A stretch of 64,000 nt of DNA from Candidatus Bathyarchaeota archaeon (GTDB lineage: Archaea; Thermoproteota; Bathyarchaeia; Bathyarchaeales; Bathycorpusculaceae). Each line of letters starts with the position of its first letter. Position 1 is the stretch's first letter. A program made the translations under genes and the position numbers. Below are positions 20,259 to 30,475 of this stretch, in pieces. The DNA lies in contig OY969706.1 of the NCBI GenBank assembly GCA_963702095.1, forward strand, positions 320,001 to 384,000. The letters are read 5' to 3'. The notes under the pieces were generated by a model. That model saw only the letters and a program-made list of their open reading frames with translations, was not told where the DNA came from and made no database searches.

Positions 20259-20445
20259 GTTTTGATTAGCCGTTAAATAAGGGAGGGATGGTAGTGGCAG
20301 AGTAACAAACCATTTTCAGTCCAACGTTCATCAAGAAGTGCATTCAGTTTTTTCTGTGTTTAATGGGATCATGGAATAATTTAAAATAACCCCTTTTGTT
20401 TATATGAGAGAAACACACAACTAAAGACGCAAGGAAGAGAGAACT

Positions 20446-20646
20446 ATGAGCGATGAAGGCGACACATTCTGGGTTTCGTTATACGAAAGACTCTTCGGAT
20501 TAATACTACTCGTAATCGGCGGAATACTCCTCTATTACAGTGCTACATCTGGTGATCTCGGCGGGTTTGCCGCGTTCTTTGGGTTCCTTAGCGTAATCAT
20601 GCTCATCTTAGGCATCATTCTACTAATCGTGAAACCGCCCCAGTAA
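20446..20646 (+). CDS. small two-TM membrane protein
   Basis: 66 aa, two hydrophobic helices, TATA-like TTTATAT upstream. Confidence 0.65.
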   Translation: MSDEGDTFWVSLYERLFGLILLVIGGILLYYSATSGDLGGFAAFFGFLSVIMLILGIILLIVKPPQ

Positions 20647-20653
20647 AAAGGGT

Positions 20654-20971
20654 TTATTCTCTTCTTTCAACCACGATGCGGCAGTTAGCAACCAACGCAG
20701 CAATTACACCCAATGCTGCTAACCAAGGAGCTAAAACCACGCCGACCACGCCTACGGTGGCTGGAATCTCAAGCAGAGTTTTACCTGCCTCATCCTTAAC
20801 GATTATACGTGTTACGTTGCCTTCGTGGAGCAATTCACCGACTCGGTCAACCACGTCTTTGCCTGAAACAGTGTATTCTTCGCTACTGAATTTGGGGGCT
20901 GATGCACCGCAGACGGCGCAGTATTTGTCGGTGTCTTTTAGGGGAGCACCACATTTGACACAGTAGGGCAA
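20654..20971 (-). CDS. zinc-ribbon plus DUF4342-like protein
   Basis: GGTGA SD before TTG; CVKCG...YCAVCG; L.HEGNVTRIIVK..G..LLEIP. Confidence 0.8.
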   Translation of the reverse strand: MPYCVKCGAPLKDTDKYCAVCGASAPKFSSEEYTVSGKDVVDRVGELLHEGNVTRIIVKDEAGKTLLEIPATVGVVGVVLAPWLAALGVIAALVANCRIVVERRE

Positions 20972-21128
20972 ACAATCACCAATCCAAAGAAGGCAAAAAC
21001 AGCATAAAAGCTTATCCTGCAAGCAAAGGTAGATTAGCAACGCAAAACACAATTACAATCAGCGGATTTATTAACCCACAACCCCACAATCAACCCTCAA
21101 CACAATTGTAAAGAGGAGAAAAGTGAAG

Positions 21129-23021
21129 ATGCCCATACGCCAACCAATCGTCTGTGTTCTAGGACACGTAGATTCAGGCAAAACATCACTGTTAGATGCC
21201 CTAAGAAAAACCAACGTGCAACTCCGCGAGGCAGGAGGCATGACCCAGCATATCGGCGCAAGCTTCTTCCCCGTTGAAACCCTCAAACAACTCATCGGAC
21301 CCTACATGGGCACCTTCAAAACAGGCATCGAAATCCCCGGGCTCCTTATCGTCGACACACCGGGACACGAAGCCTTCACTAACCTGCGGCGCAGAGGCGG
21401 AAGCGTCGCTGACATCGCCATTCTAGTCGTGAATGCTGTCCGCGGTTTTGAAACACAAACCTTCGAGTGTATAGAAATCCTCAAAGCCAAAAAAACCCCT
21501 TTCATCGTCGCCGTCAACCAAATAGACCGCGTACCCGGCTGGAAACCCCAGGAGAACGCCCCTTTCCTCAAATCGTACGCGGCGCAATCGAGTTTTGTGC
21601 AGGAAGAACTAAACAACCGCCTCTACATAGTCATGGGCGAGTTTAGCCGCCTCCAATTCAAAACCGACCGCTTTGACCACATAAAAGATTTCACCCAAAA
21701 CATCGCTTTGGTGCCAACCAGCGCCAAAACCGGCGAAGGCCTATCCGAATTAGTCATGGTTCTAGTAGGGTTAACTCAGCAGTTCCTCAAAAAACGCCTC
21801 CAAACCACAGACAGCGCAGCAAAAGCCGCAATTTTAGAAGTTAAAGAAGAGCCAGGCTTAGGCATAACGTTAAACACCATAGTCTACGACGGCACGTTAC
21901 ACAGAGACGACTTAGTTGTCGTCGGCGGCAGAAACGGTCCGATTTCAGCACGTGTCCGCACCATTCTAGTCCCTAAACCGCTTGATGAAATGCGTGATCC
22001 ACGCGACAAATTCACCAGCGTCGACCGCGTGTACGCAAGCGCTGGAGTTAAAATTGTTGGCCCAGATTTAGCGGATGCTTTAGCTGGTGCACCGCTGCTC
22101 GCTGTTCCACCCGGCGAAGACGTTGCCAAGTACTGTCGGCTAATCACAGAGGAAATTGGCAGAATCAAAATCGCCAAGGAAATCGACGGCGTCATCGTCA
22201 AAGCCGACACCTTGGGTTCATTGGAGGCGATGGCGGAAATCCTCAAAGCCAATAACGTGCAGGTTCGCATTGCAGACATCGGCGACATAAGCAAACGCGA
22301 TGTCATCGAAGCCTCGGTGGTTAAGCAGCGGGAACCCCTCGTCGGCGCCATCCTTGCCTTCGGCGTCAAAACCTTACCTGATGCTGAAACGGAGGCGGAA
22401 GCTAACGGCGTCAAAATCTTCCACGACCCCATTGTTTACAACCTCATCGACAGCTACCTTGAATGGGTGAAAGATAAACGCGAGCGCAAGAGCGAAGAAG
22501 AGTTTGAGGCGCTCACTAAACCCGGCAAAGTGATGGTTTTGCCTAACTGTATCTTCAGAAGAGCTAAACCCTTAGTTGTGGGCGTGGAAATTCAAGGCGG
22601 CAGAATTAAGCCTAAGGTGTCGCTTATTCGTAAAGAAGACGGCTCTGACTTGGGTGAAATCGAGCAAATTCAGGATAAAGGCAAAGCCATCGGCGAAGCT
22701 AAAGCGGGAGCCGAAGTTGCGATTTCAATGGATAAACCCATCGCGGGCAGACACATATTCGAACGCGACGTACTCTACGTTAAGGTGCCTGAAAAAGACG
22801 CTAAAATCCTCCTAACTTCGCATTCGGACGATTTAACAGCTGAAGAGCAGGATACTCTCAGGGAATATGTTAACATGATGCGTAAGAAAGTGCCTTTTTG
22901 GGCAGGCGTTATGTCAGCTAGGCTTCTTTTGAAGCATAGTGTCAGTATGCCGTCGATGCAGAGTGTTGAGAGTTTGCCTTCTGTGTCCTCTTTAATACAG
23001 AGCGGTTTTAGGCCGCATTGA
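21129..23021 (+). CDS. infB: translation initiation factor IF-2 (aIF5B); true stop probably near 22921
   Basis: RQPIVCVLGHVDSGKT, EAGGMTQHIGA, DTPGHEAF, KADTLGSLEA; family-typical end RKK.PFW at about 22900. Confidence 0.95.
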   Translation: MPIRQPIVCVLGHVDSGKTSLLDALRKTNVQLREAGGMTQHIGASFFPVETLKQLIGPYMGTFKTGIEIPGLLIVDTPGHEAFTNLRRRGGSVADIAILVVNAVRGFETQTFECIEILKAKKTPFIVAVNQIDRVPGWKPQENAPFLKSYAAQSSFVQEELNNRLYIVMGEFSRLQFKTDRFDHIKDFTQNIALVPTSAKTGEGLSELVMVLVGLTQQFLKKRLQTTDSAAKAAILEVKEEPGLGITLNTIVYDGTLHRDDLVVVGGRNGPISARVRTILVPKPLDEMRDPRDKFTSVDRVYASAGVKIVGPDLADALAGAPLLAVPPGEDVAKYCRLITEEIGRIKIAKEIDGVIVKADTLGSLEAMAEILKANNVQVRIADIGDISKRDVIEASVVKQREPLVGAILAFGVKTLPDAETEAEANGVKIFHDPIVYNLIDSYLEWVKDKRERKSEEEFEALTKPGKVMVLPNCIFRRAKPLVVGVEIQGGRIKPKVSLIRKEDGSDLGEIEQIQDKGKAIGEAKAGAEVAISMDKPIAGRHIFERDVLYVKVPEKDAKILLTSHSDDLTAEEQDTLREYVNMMRKKVPFWAGVMSARLLLKHSVSMPSMQSVESLPSVSSLIQSGFRPH

Positions 23022-23500
23022 GGGCAAATCTTGTGGGTCACGTCGGTTATTTTCATTTCAAGCATGCCATTAGCACTTAGGACTTCATGGGCGAATTTGA
23101 GGTACTTGCCCTCTGCAATCCGTGGCACACCGTATTTGCCCTTATCTAAACCGCCTGTGGCAACAAAGTATTCGTAGAGCCGTTTAGCGCCCTTTTTAGA
23201 GTTGCAACTTTTGCATACCCAGACCACGTTTTTTTCGTTGTCTGGACCGTTAAAATGCCGTGGGAGAAGGTGGTCTAGGGTGAGGTTAGTTTGGGCGCCG
23301 CAGTAGATGCATTCGTTTATCTGCCTTTCTTTGATGAATTCTCTTAGTTCGTTCCAGCTAATTGACCCTTGTTTTAACAGTTTAAACTTGCTTGTGACAA
23401 AACCCCAATCTTTCTTGCTAAAACCCGCCGACTCAGAAATTATTTTTGCGTATTGCCAATAGATGAGGTCTCCGACGCTTTTAACTACTGCAGGCGGCAA
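22775..23500 (-). CDS. HNH endonuclease domain protein; true stop probably near 22914
   Basis: CIYCG...LTLDHLLP..NGPDNEKNVVWVCKSCNSKKG; additional CPQC..C..C motif. Confidence 0.8.
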   Translation of the reverse strand: MPPAVVKSVGDLIYWQYAKIISESAGFSKKDWGFVTSKFKLLKQGSISWNELREFIKERQINECIYCGAQTNLTLDHLLPRHFNGPDNEKNVVWVCKSCNSKKGAKRLYEYFVATGGLDKGKYGVPRIAEGKYLKFAHEVLSANGMLEMKITDVTHKICPQCGLKPLCIKEDTEGKLSTLCIDGILTLCFKRSLADITPAQKGTFLRIMLTYSLRVSCSSAVKSSECEVRRILASFSGTLT

Positions 23501-23581
23501 AGGGGCTGCTCCTAATTTGGGGTTGTCTTGTGTATTGTTTGGTTTCCTTTTAGATTTTTCGATGCCAGACGAAAATCCCTG

Positions 23582-24637
23582 TTACCGATCAAAAAGGGGA
23601 AATGTCAGTGTAAAGCGGTATGGCGGAGTTGGCGTTGCCGTGGTGGTTGTTTGGAGAGCCAAGAAGTTTTTGAAGGTGCTGTAAGCCTGTTTGGGTGCAT
23701 AGTTTCTGTCTGAGCCATAAGTTAAGCCCCAGCCATCGTCATTTGTAGGCGGATAGTGCACGTCGTTTAGTTCGTACCAAAACGTGACGGCAACCGATGA
23801 GTCACCCCGTAATACCCCAGTTGACGGCGCCAACGTCGACTTGAGATAGCTGTCTTGGTCCGACTCTGAGATGCTGGCGGTTGTTGCTCCGCACTCTGTT
23901 ACCCAGATGGGTTTGGCTCCATCGACATCGTTTTTGATGTCTTCAAAATCAGTTTGCCCATAGGCTCCATAGTAGTGGCAGGAGACAGCGTCAAGATAAT
24001 TCAGTACACCCAAGCCGATTAACTGCTGCAGATATGCTGCGCCGGCGCTGTTGCAGGCAACTGCTGGACCCACGATGATGGCGCTGGGATTCACCGCTTT
24101 GATTGTGTCATGTGCCATTTTGAGAAACTGCAGGTATTGAGATGCAGGCATGGGACCGCCTATCCACCAAGACTGCTCAACCTCGTTGCCCACTTCCCAC
24201 GCAGGCATATCGGGCGCCATGTTGACTGCTGCTGTGAGGAACGTTTGGGTTTTGTTTGCCCATTCGGGGTCACTGGTTGAAGCGGATGTGTATTGAACCA
24301 GCAGGGCAAGCATGCTGATGTTGAGAGATTTGAGGTCTCTCCAGCATTGGGTATCCAGTTGCGTGTTTAGCCAATCTGAGCGTACCCATAATGGTCCTGA
24401 AGAGCGTAAATCAGAGAGAGTGGGAAGTGTATCTGGGTATTCGGCGTCATTGCCTTCGTCGGGGTCTATTTGGAGGGCAACTCCATATTGGGGACTTATA
24501 GCGTTAGAGCTTACTTCGAAAAGTACACCTCTAGTTACGTAGAGGCTTACAATTATGAGGAGCAGGATGAGAAAAAACGCCAAGCTCTTGGTTTTTGAAT
24601 TAAAAAACTGCATAGCTATTCCTTCTTTGAGGGGCAA
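23582..24637 (-). CDS. secreted or membrane-anchored clan GH-A glycoside hydrolase (GH39/GH5-like)
   Basis: N-terminal TM/signal; WEVGNE acid-base motif, DAVSCHYY, KPIWVTECG nucleophile, FWY, GWGL. Confidence 0.75.
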   Translation of the reverse strand: MPLKEGIAMQFFNSKTKSLAFFLILLLIIVSLYVTRGVLFEVSSNAISPQYGVALQIDPDEGNDAEYPDTLPTLSDLRSSGPLWVRSDWLNTQLDTQCWRDLKSLNISMLALLVQYTSASTSDPEWANKTQTFLTAAVNMAPDMPAWEVGNEVEQSWWIGGPMPASQYLQFLKMAHDTIKAVNPSAIIVGPAVACNSAGAAYLQQLIGLGVLNYLDAVSCHYYGAYGQTDFEDIKNDVDGAKPIWVTECGATTASISESDQDSYLKSTLAPSTGVLRGDSSVAVTFWYELNDVHYPPTNDDGWGLTYGSDRNYAPKQAYSTFKNFLALQTTTTATPTPPYRFTLTFPLFDR

Positions 24638-24770
24638 TGCTTCTATGACTAGGTGTGTCCATAAGTTAATAAATTGGATGTATCTGCGAGAAACAATACG
24701 CTTGATTTTGCGTTGTTAAGACAGTCGGTTACAACAAAGCCTTATCCTGAACCTGAGTTGAGTGGTATTT

Positions 24771-24905
24771 ATGACAGAGAAAGAAACGGAGAAGGAAATC
24801 GAGGAAAACCTCAAAAAACACAGGTTTACGCCACCAATGGATACAGCCGAAGACCCCCAGCATGACCAGCATATCAAGAAAATGCGTGAGCAACAGAAAA
24901 GATAA
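24771..24905 (+). CDS. 44-aa charged small protein (not in the ORF track)
   Basis: MTEKETEKEIEENLKKHRFTPPMDTAEDPQHDQHIKKMREQQKR*; GAGTGGT upstream, T-tract downstream. Confidence 0.5.
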   Translation: MTEKETEKEIEENLKKHRFTPPMDTAEDPQHDQHIKKMREQQKR

Positions 24906-24955
24906 GCCTTTTTTGTTTGAGCCAACATTAAGTGACCTTTAGAGGCGCATCCTGA

Positions 24956-25723
24956 GTGAAGTTGAGTTTATCCAACGGAATCTTCAGCAAGCGTCCTATA
25001 GATGATAACATTAGCGCCATAAAACAGCTCGGTTTCCAAAACGTGGAGTTTAACATGAAATCCATAAAAAAGGAGCATGACACCGACGTTTTCCGTGAAC
25101 CGAGAGCGCTAGCTGCCTCAGGACTAAACTGCTTAACCCTCCACTCAGCCGTTCTGCATATTAAAAACCCCATAGAAGTCCATCAAGCAGTGTACTATGG
25201 CAAGATTTCGCTGGAATGCGCCCGAGCACTCAACTTGCGCTTGATGACTGTGCATTCATTCATTGCCAAAGCGTTGCCCAAGAGTCAAAGGGAAGAATGC
25301 TTAACGGAAGTTTTTGGGCAGATTAAGCCGTTCGCGAAAAAATTGAATATCAAATTGGCTTTGGAGAATCTATCGTTTACATCCACGGGGTTCGGTATTA
25401 ACGTGGAGCAGCTGGAAGAGGTGTTAGGCATCATTGATCCCGAAGGCGACATGGGGATTACTTTTGATTTGTGCCATGCGTTGGAAACTGGTGTTATGGA
25501 TGAATTGCTCGACAAGTATGGATGCCGTGTCTGCAACGTGCACATGGCTAACAGAAGCCACCAACCCTTTACAGAGGAAACCCCCGAGTTAAAGCAGTTC
25601 CTATCCGTCCTGCATGGTTACGGGTATCAGGGGCCGATAACGTTGGAGCTTGAACATAAGACGCCCATGGAAGAAATCGCTAAAACCAAAGCCTTCTTTG
25701 AACGCTTACTAGAAAAGTATTAA
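24956..25723 (+). CDS. sugar-phosphate isomerase/epimerase TIM-barrel protein
   Basis: LGF..VE, LALENL, ITFDLCH, NVH, GY.GPITLE. Confidence 0.82.
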   Translation: MKLSLSNGIFSKRPIDDNISAIKQLGFQNVEFNMKSIKKEHDTDVFREPRALAASGLNCLTLHSAVLHIKNPIEVHQAVYYGKISLECARALNLRLMTVHSFIAKALPKSQREECLTEVFGQIKPFAKKLNIKLALENLSFTSTGFGINVEQLEEVLGIIDPEGDMGITFDLCHALETGVMDELLDKYGCRVCNVHMANRSHQPFTEETPELKQFLSVLHGYGYQGPITLELEHKTPMEEIAKTKAFFERLLEKY

Positions 25724-26574
25724 GTTGTTCTGAAGCTCACGGCTGCGTAGCCGACGACGCTTGAGTGGTCGCCTGTTATGTCGCCGCTGTTGTGGTAACC
25801 CAGAAGCTGGGCTTTAGCACAGACACCCACGGCGTAGGTGATTAGGCTGGTTATGGGGGCGTAGCCGCAGGCGGTTATGTTTTGAGTTTCGACGGTGGTG
25901 TAGAAGCCTTTGGCGTTTAGCGCAGTGACTTCTTTTAGGGCGGCGTGGTCTTTGGCGGCGGCTTCTTTTGCTGGTTCGTAGTGGGTCATGTCTGAGGAGG
26001 CAATGACCACGGTGTTGGTTGCGTCTAGGGCTTCTGTTAGTGCTCTGCCGATTTCGACGGCTGAATCGTAATCTTGCATCAAGTAGCAGATGGGCACTAT
26101 CTTGAAGCTGTTGCCATAGAGGTACTGCAGAAAAGGCAGTTGCACCTCAAGGGAATGCTCGTAGCGGTGGGCAGTCTCGTCGGTGTCTAAGATTTTTGTT
26201 TCGTGCAAGATATCATCGACTAATTTGGTGTCGATTTCAACGTTGCCCAAGGGTGTCTGCCAGGCGCCTTCCCGCATAACCGAGAGGGCACTGCCGTAGC
26301 CTGTGTGGTTGGGGCCTAAAAGCACGACTGTGTCTGGTTTGCCGTCTTGGGCTAATTCATAATAAGACAGGGCTGCCACGGGGCCACTGTACATGTAGCC
26401 TGCATGGGGGCAAATTAAACCCACGATGCTACGTGGGTGAGTTGAGGTATTGACTTGAGGGAGTTTTTGGGGTCCAAGTTTGTGGAGAAAACAACCGCTA
26501 AGTTGTGCTCTGAGTGCTTCGGCGGTGCCCTCATAAAATTGAGAAGCAACAACTGCACGCCGAAGATGAGACAA
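25720..26574 (-). CDS. MEMO1-family protein (AmmeMemoRadiSam protein B)
   Basis: RRAVVA.QFY, PHAGYMYSG, GPNHTG, EHSLEVQLPFLQ, ASSDMTHY, VVGYA; probable own TTG at 26574. Confidence 0.9.
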   Translation of the reverse strand: MSHLRRAVVASQFYEGTAEALRAQLSGCFLHKLGPQKLPQVNTSTHPRSIVGLICPHAGYMYSGPVAALSYYELAQDGKPDTVVLLGPNHTGYGSALSVMREGAWQTPLGNVEIDTKLVDDILHETKILDTDETAHRYEHSLEVQLPFLQYLYGNSFKIVPICYLMQDYDSAVEIGRALTEALDATNTVVIASSDMTHYEPAKEAAAKDHAALKEVTALNAKGFYTTVETQNITACGYAPITSLITYAVGVCAKAQLLGYHNSGDITGDHSSVVGYAAVSFRTT

Positions 26575-26578
26575 CTTT

Positions 26579-27384
26579 TTAGGTGTCATCCTCCTCTTCG
26601 CGTGTGACTTTGGCTTCAAAGTCTTCGATGGTGACTGGCGGGTCTTTGTCTGGGCTAATTCGCCTCTTTCACGGAGGACTTGGCGTGCGAGAAGCCAGAA
26701 GATGACTGCGAGTGCGCGGCGGCCTTTGTTGTTGGTTGGGATAACTAGGTCTACACCTGAGAATTCGTTGTCTGTACTGCAGAGTGCGACGATTGGGATG
26801 CCCACAGTGCTTGCTTCTTTAACTGCCTGTGCGTCTGCGCGTGGGTCAGATACAACGATGACTTCGGGGTCAACACGGTTTTTGTATTGTGGGTTGCTGA
26901 GTTGTCCGGGGATGAATCTGCCGATGAGCGCTGTTGCGCCGGTGAGTTTGCAGAACATGCGGACGGGTTCATGCGCGTAGAGGCGGGTTGCTGCTACAGC
27001 GACTTTGCTGGGTTCATAGCGTGAGAGGAATTTGGCTGTTGCGCGGATGCGATCGTCTGTTTTTTTGACGTCTAAGACGAATAAGCCGTCTGGGCGGACA
27101 CGGTAAATGAATGGTTCCATGTCCAGTGTCTTCATCCTGGTGCCGATGTGGATGCCTGCAGAGAGCAGGGTGTCTCTTGGTAGAAGAAGAGTTTCTTCTG
27201 GAGCGGTTTCCGTGACTTCTTCAGCTTCTTCCACTTCGCCTTCTTCTGTTGGTTCTTCTTGCTCGGCGGGTTCAGTGGATTCAACTTCTTGAGGAACCGG
27301 GATTTCGGTTTCGGTCACTTCTTCCTCTTGCTCTTCTTCTTGGTTTTCTTCTGGTTGGGTTTCTTTTTCTTGGTCTTCAGACAT
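26579..27384 (-). CDS. rps2: 30S ribosomal protein S2 (uS2) with acidic N-terminal extension; 1-nt frameshift at about 26653
   Basis: LSAGIHIGT, GRFIPG, DP.ADAQA..EA, IP.NNKGR; natural tail APDKDPPVTIEDFEAKVTREEEDDT* lies in the adjacent frame. Confidence 0.92.
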
Positions 27385-27402
27385 TCTTATTTCATCTTCT
27401 CT

Positions 27403-28656
27403 TTAGCGTATGTTTAAGTCAGCCATTCTGGCTCGGTTGCCAAGGAAATGCTCAATCCGGATGAGCTCGTTTAGTTTGGCTATGCGTGCGCCTTCCACTA
27501 CGCCGGTTTTGATGACGGGGCATCTGTAGGCGACTGCCAAATGGGCAATGTGCCAATCACATGTGTCTCCGCTGCGGTGAGACACGACAGGGGCGTAACC
27601 GTTGCGTTGGGCTGTCTCGATTGTTTCAGCTGCATCGGTTAATGTGCCTATCTGGTTGACTTTGATGATGATAGCGTTTCCAGCGTTAATCTTAATTCCG
27701 TTATTTAACCTTTCAGTATTAGTTGTGAATAAATCGTCGCCGCAGATTAAGCAATTCTTGCTTTTTCGAGTTAACTCGGCGAAACTGTCAAAATCGTCCT
27801 CTTGGAAGGGGTCCTCCACGTAGGCGATATGGTACTTCTCTATTAGGCTAAGCATGTATTCAAGTTGTTCGGCAGTGTCGCGTTTTTTGCCCTCAGTTTC
27901 ATAGAAGTATTTTTCTTCTTTGGGCTTCCAAAAATTTGACGCTGCAACGTCAATGCCGAAGCCGCATTCGAAGTCCAGTTCGTTGCCGATTTCTTCGCAG
28001 GCACTCGCGATAATTTCAAAGGCGTCGTCTGTGTCTATGTTGGCTATCCATGCGCCTTCGTCGCTTTTGCCGCCGTTGAAGGTGGTGGATTTCCTTTTTA
28101 ATGCGTCGCCGATGCGTTTGTGGATTTGGGTGTTGGCGGTCTGTGCTTCAAGGAAGCTTTCTGCGCCATGGGGCAGGGCGAGGTATTCCTGTATGGCTGG
28201 TGCTTTGCCCCTTGCGTGGGCGCCGCCGCTTATGCAGTTGCCAAGTGGATAAGGCAGGCTGTTTGCGGCGTTTCCGCCCAAAAACTGGAATAGGAGGAGT
28301 CCATGGCTGTTGGCGGCTGCTTCAGCGTTTGCGAGGCTAATCGCGAATGCGGTGTTGCCGCCGATGTTTTTGAAGTCTGCTGTGCCATCTATTTCGTGGA
28401 GGGTGTTGTCGATTTCCTCTTGGAAGTCAGCGTTTAGTCCTGCGAGTTCAGGCGCTATGAGGTCGTCAACTTTTTTGATGGCTGCTTCAACGCCGCCTTG
28501 GGGGTAATATTGCACTTCGGCTTTGCCCCGGCTTTTGCCCGCAGGTGCTCCAGAGCGTCCGAATCCGCCGGCGGTTATCACATCTACCTCTATGGTTTCT
28601 TCTCCACGGTTATTGAAAATTTTTCGAGCAATGAGGTCCTCGATGATTGATGACAC
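27403..28656 (-). CDS. eno: enolase
   Basis: RG..TIEVDV, DEG.W, EDPF.EDD, GDDLFTTN, IKVNQIGTL, VSHRSG, IKTG, R.AKLNEL.RIE. Confidence 0.93.
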   Translation of the reverse strand: MSSIIEDLIARKIFNNRGEETIEVDVITAGGFGRSGAPAGKSRGKAEVQYYPQGGVEAAIKKVDDLIAPELAGLNADFQEEIDNTLHEIDGTADFKNIGGNTAFAISLANAEAAANSHGLLLFQFLGGNAANSLPYPLGNCISGGAHARGKAPAIQEYLALPHGAESFLEAQTANTQIHKRIGDALKRKSTTFNGGKSDEGAWIANIDTDDAFEIIASACEEIGNELDFECGFGIDVAASNFWKPKEEKYFYETEGKKRDTAEQLEYMLSLIEKYHIAYVEDPFQEDDFDSFAELTRKSKNCLICGDDLFTTNTERLNNGIKINAGNAIIIKVNQIGTLTDAAETIETAQRNGYAPVVSHRSGDTCDWHIAHLAVAYRCPVIKTGVVEGARIAKLNELIRIEHFLGNRARMADLNIR

Positions 28657-28849
28657 TAAGCATTAACCTCAAGACGCTATAGTTTTGTCACGCGCTTATT
28701 TTAGGTTTCGGAAGGACTATTCCATAGCTTCTAGCACTTCCAGCATTAGCATAATTCGATCGTGACAAAACTGCGCGGGTGCTTAGTAGAAGAACAGCGT
28801 TTGTCTCTCCCAGAGGACCCCTACAACTGTAGGTTGAAGGGGTCTTTGG

Positions 28850-28993
28850 TTCTGCTTGAGGTTTGTTCCACAACCAGCCAGCAACCCCTCCACATTGCAG
28901 AACACAAAACACAGCCGCCTGCATGACCCGCCAGAAGAAGATGAGTAAGGGGCACTCTGCCTTCACCTAACAATAAAAAAACAAAAAAGCCCA
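28850..28993 (+). repeat. dispersed repeat family A, copy A3, preceded by a hairpin at about 28813-28847
   Basis: TTCTGCTTGAGG..CAACCAGCCAGCAAC..TGCAGAACACAAAACACAG..GAAGAAGATGAGTAAGGGGCACTCTGCCTTC..AATAAAAAAACAAAAAAGCCCA. Confidence 0.85.
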
Positions 28994-29063
28994 AATTCAT
29001 CTACCGTTAAAAGAACATTTTTATCTTTACAGCACAATAGCTTCCAGTCAAGGTGTAACATGT

Positions 29064-30005
29064 ATGGGTAAAGGGTCAGGGTATGGAAAAGTCATCTTAT
29101 TCGGCGAACACTTCGTCGTACACGGAGTCCCCGGCATCGTCTCAGCCATCGACTCCTCAACCGACGCCACCGTCACAAAAGCCCAAAAAGGCTTAAACGT
29201 AAAAGACGAACGCAAAACCGCCAAAGGCTACAGCGAAGAAAAGCGACTGCAGCAAATCGAATCCATCGAACGCATGTTAAAAGCCATGGACTTGGATCCC
29301 AAGACGCCGCTGGACATCTGGGTCGGCGGGTCACTGCCGGGCTTCAGCGGACTCGGCGCCTCAGCCGCATCCAGCGTTGCCATCGCACGCGCCATCTCCG
29401 AGGAGCTTAATCTTAACCTTTCAAACGAGAAAATCAACGCAGTCGCCTACGAAGGCGAAAAAGCCTACGCGGGCAACCCCAGCGGCATCGATAACACCGC
29501 AGCAACCTACGGAGGCTTGATGTGGTTCCGCAAGAACCCAGCAGGCGGACAAGACCTGGTTGAAAAAATTCACGTTAAACGCCCCATCGAAATCGTCATC
29601 GGCAGCACAGGCAAAGTCGCCAACACCAAAGCCATGGTGGAAGGCGTCGCGGACCGCAAAAAGAAAGACCCCAAAAAATACGATCCCCTCTTCAAGCAGG
29701 CGGAGAGTTTGGCGGTTGCAGGCCGCAGAGCCCTCGAAGCAGGCGACCTCAAAAAAGTCGGCGACCTCATGAACGAGAACCACCGTATCCTACAGGAAAT
29801 CGGCGTGTCAAGCAAAGAACTCGACCAGCTTGTTGACATCGCACGCAAACAGGGAGCCTTTGGCGCAAAGCTGACGGGGGGCGGAGGCGGCGGCTGCATG
29901 GTTGCCTTAACCGGTGGCAAAGAAGTTGCCGGAAAAATAGTGGGCGCCTTTAAAGGTGCAGGCTACGAGTATTTGATGACCCGAATAGGCGTCGGAACCT
30001 ACTAA
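29064..30005 (+). CDS. mvk: mevalonate kinase
   Basis: GKVILFGEHFVVHG, P.FSGLGASAA, G.PSGID, GAKLTGGGGGGC. Confidence 0.93.
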   Translation: MGKGSGYGKVILFGEHFVVHGVPGIVSAIDSSTDATVTKAQKGLNVKDERKTAKGYSEEKRLQQIESIERMLKAMDLDPKTPLDIWVGGSLPGFSGLGASAASSVAIARAISEELNLNLSNEKINAVAYEGEKAYAGNPSGIDNTAATYGGLMWFRKNPAGGQDLVEKIHVKRPIEIVIGSTGKVANTKAMVEGVADRKKKDPKKYDPLFKQAESLAVAGRRALEAGDLKKVGDLMNENHRILQEIGVSSKELDQLVDIARKQGAFGAKLTGGGGGGCMVALTGGKEVAGKIVGAFKGAGYEYLMTRIGVGTY

Positions 30006-30178
30006 GAAGCACAAGGAGTGTTTAGGCCCCGAATCGTTTACTTTTTTAGTTTTTTCCTTTTTTTAGGGTTAGGGCTGATTTATAAAAGCCCCATAAAACG
30101 GAGCTTTTGATAATGGTTAGTTATCATATTGTATACCCAAAAAACTTAAGGCAAGAACCGCAATAATAAGGATTAACA

Positions 30179-30475
30179 ATGGGAAACCAAGACGTAAAGA
30201 ACAAGCTAGAAAAGTTAAAACCAGTTCTTAGAGAGCGCTATCAAGTGAAAACTATAGGTTTTTTTGGCTCCTACGCTAGAGGCGAAGAAACCCCAAAGAG
30301 TGATATTGACATTTTGGTTGAATTCGTTGAGGGCAATTCGATTGATCTGTTTGATTTTATTGAGCTTGAGGATTTTCTAACAGAACAACTCGGCATTAAA
30401 GTGGATTTAGCGACAAAAAAAGCTCTCAAGCTCCTGATTAAAGACCAAATACTCAAAGAGACGATTTATGCTTGA
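30179..30475 (+). CDS. minimal nucleotidyltransferase (MNT antitoxin)
   Basis: FGSYARGE...SDIDILV, KVDL. Confidence 0.9.
   Translation: MGNQDVKNKLEKLKPVLRERYQVKTIGFFGSYARGEETPKSDIDILVEFVEGNSIDLFDFIELEDFLTEQLGIKVDLATKKALKLLIKDQILKETIYA

Noticed and set aside
25720-27384. Apparent 554-aa ribosomal protein S2-MEMO1 fusion
   Set aside because: The normal acidic S2 tail and TAA (26579-26581) lie in the adjacent frame, one missing C at about 26653 explains the join, and MEMO1 has its own TTG at 26574.
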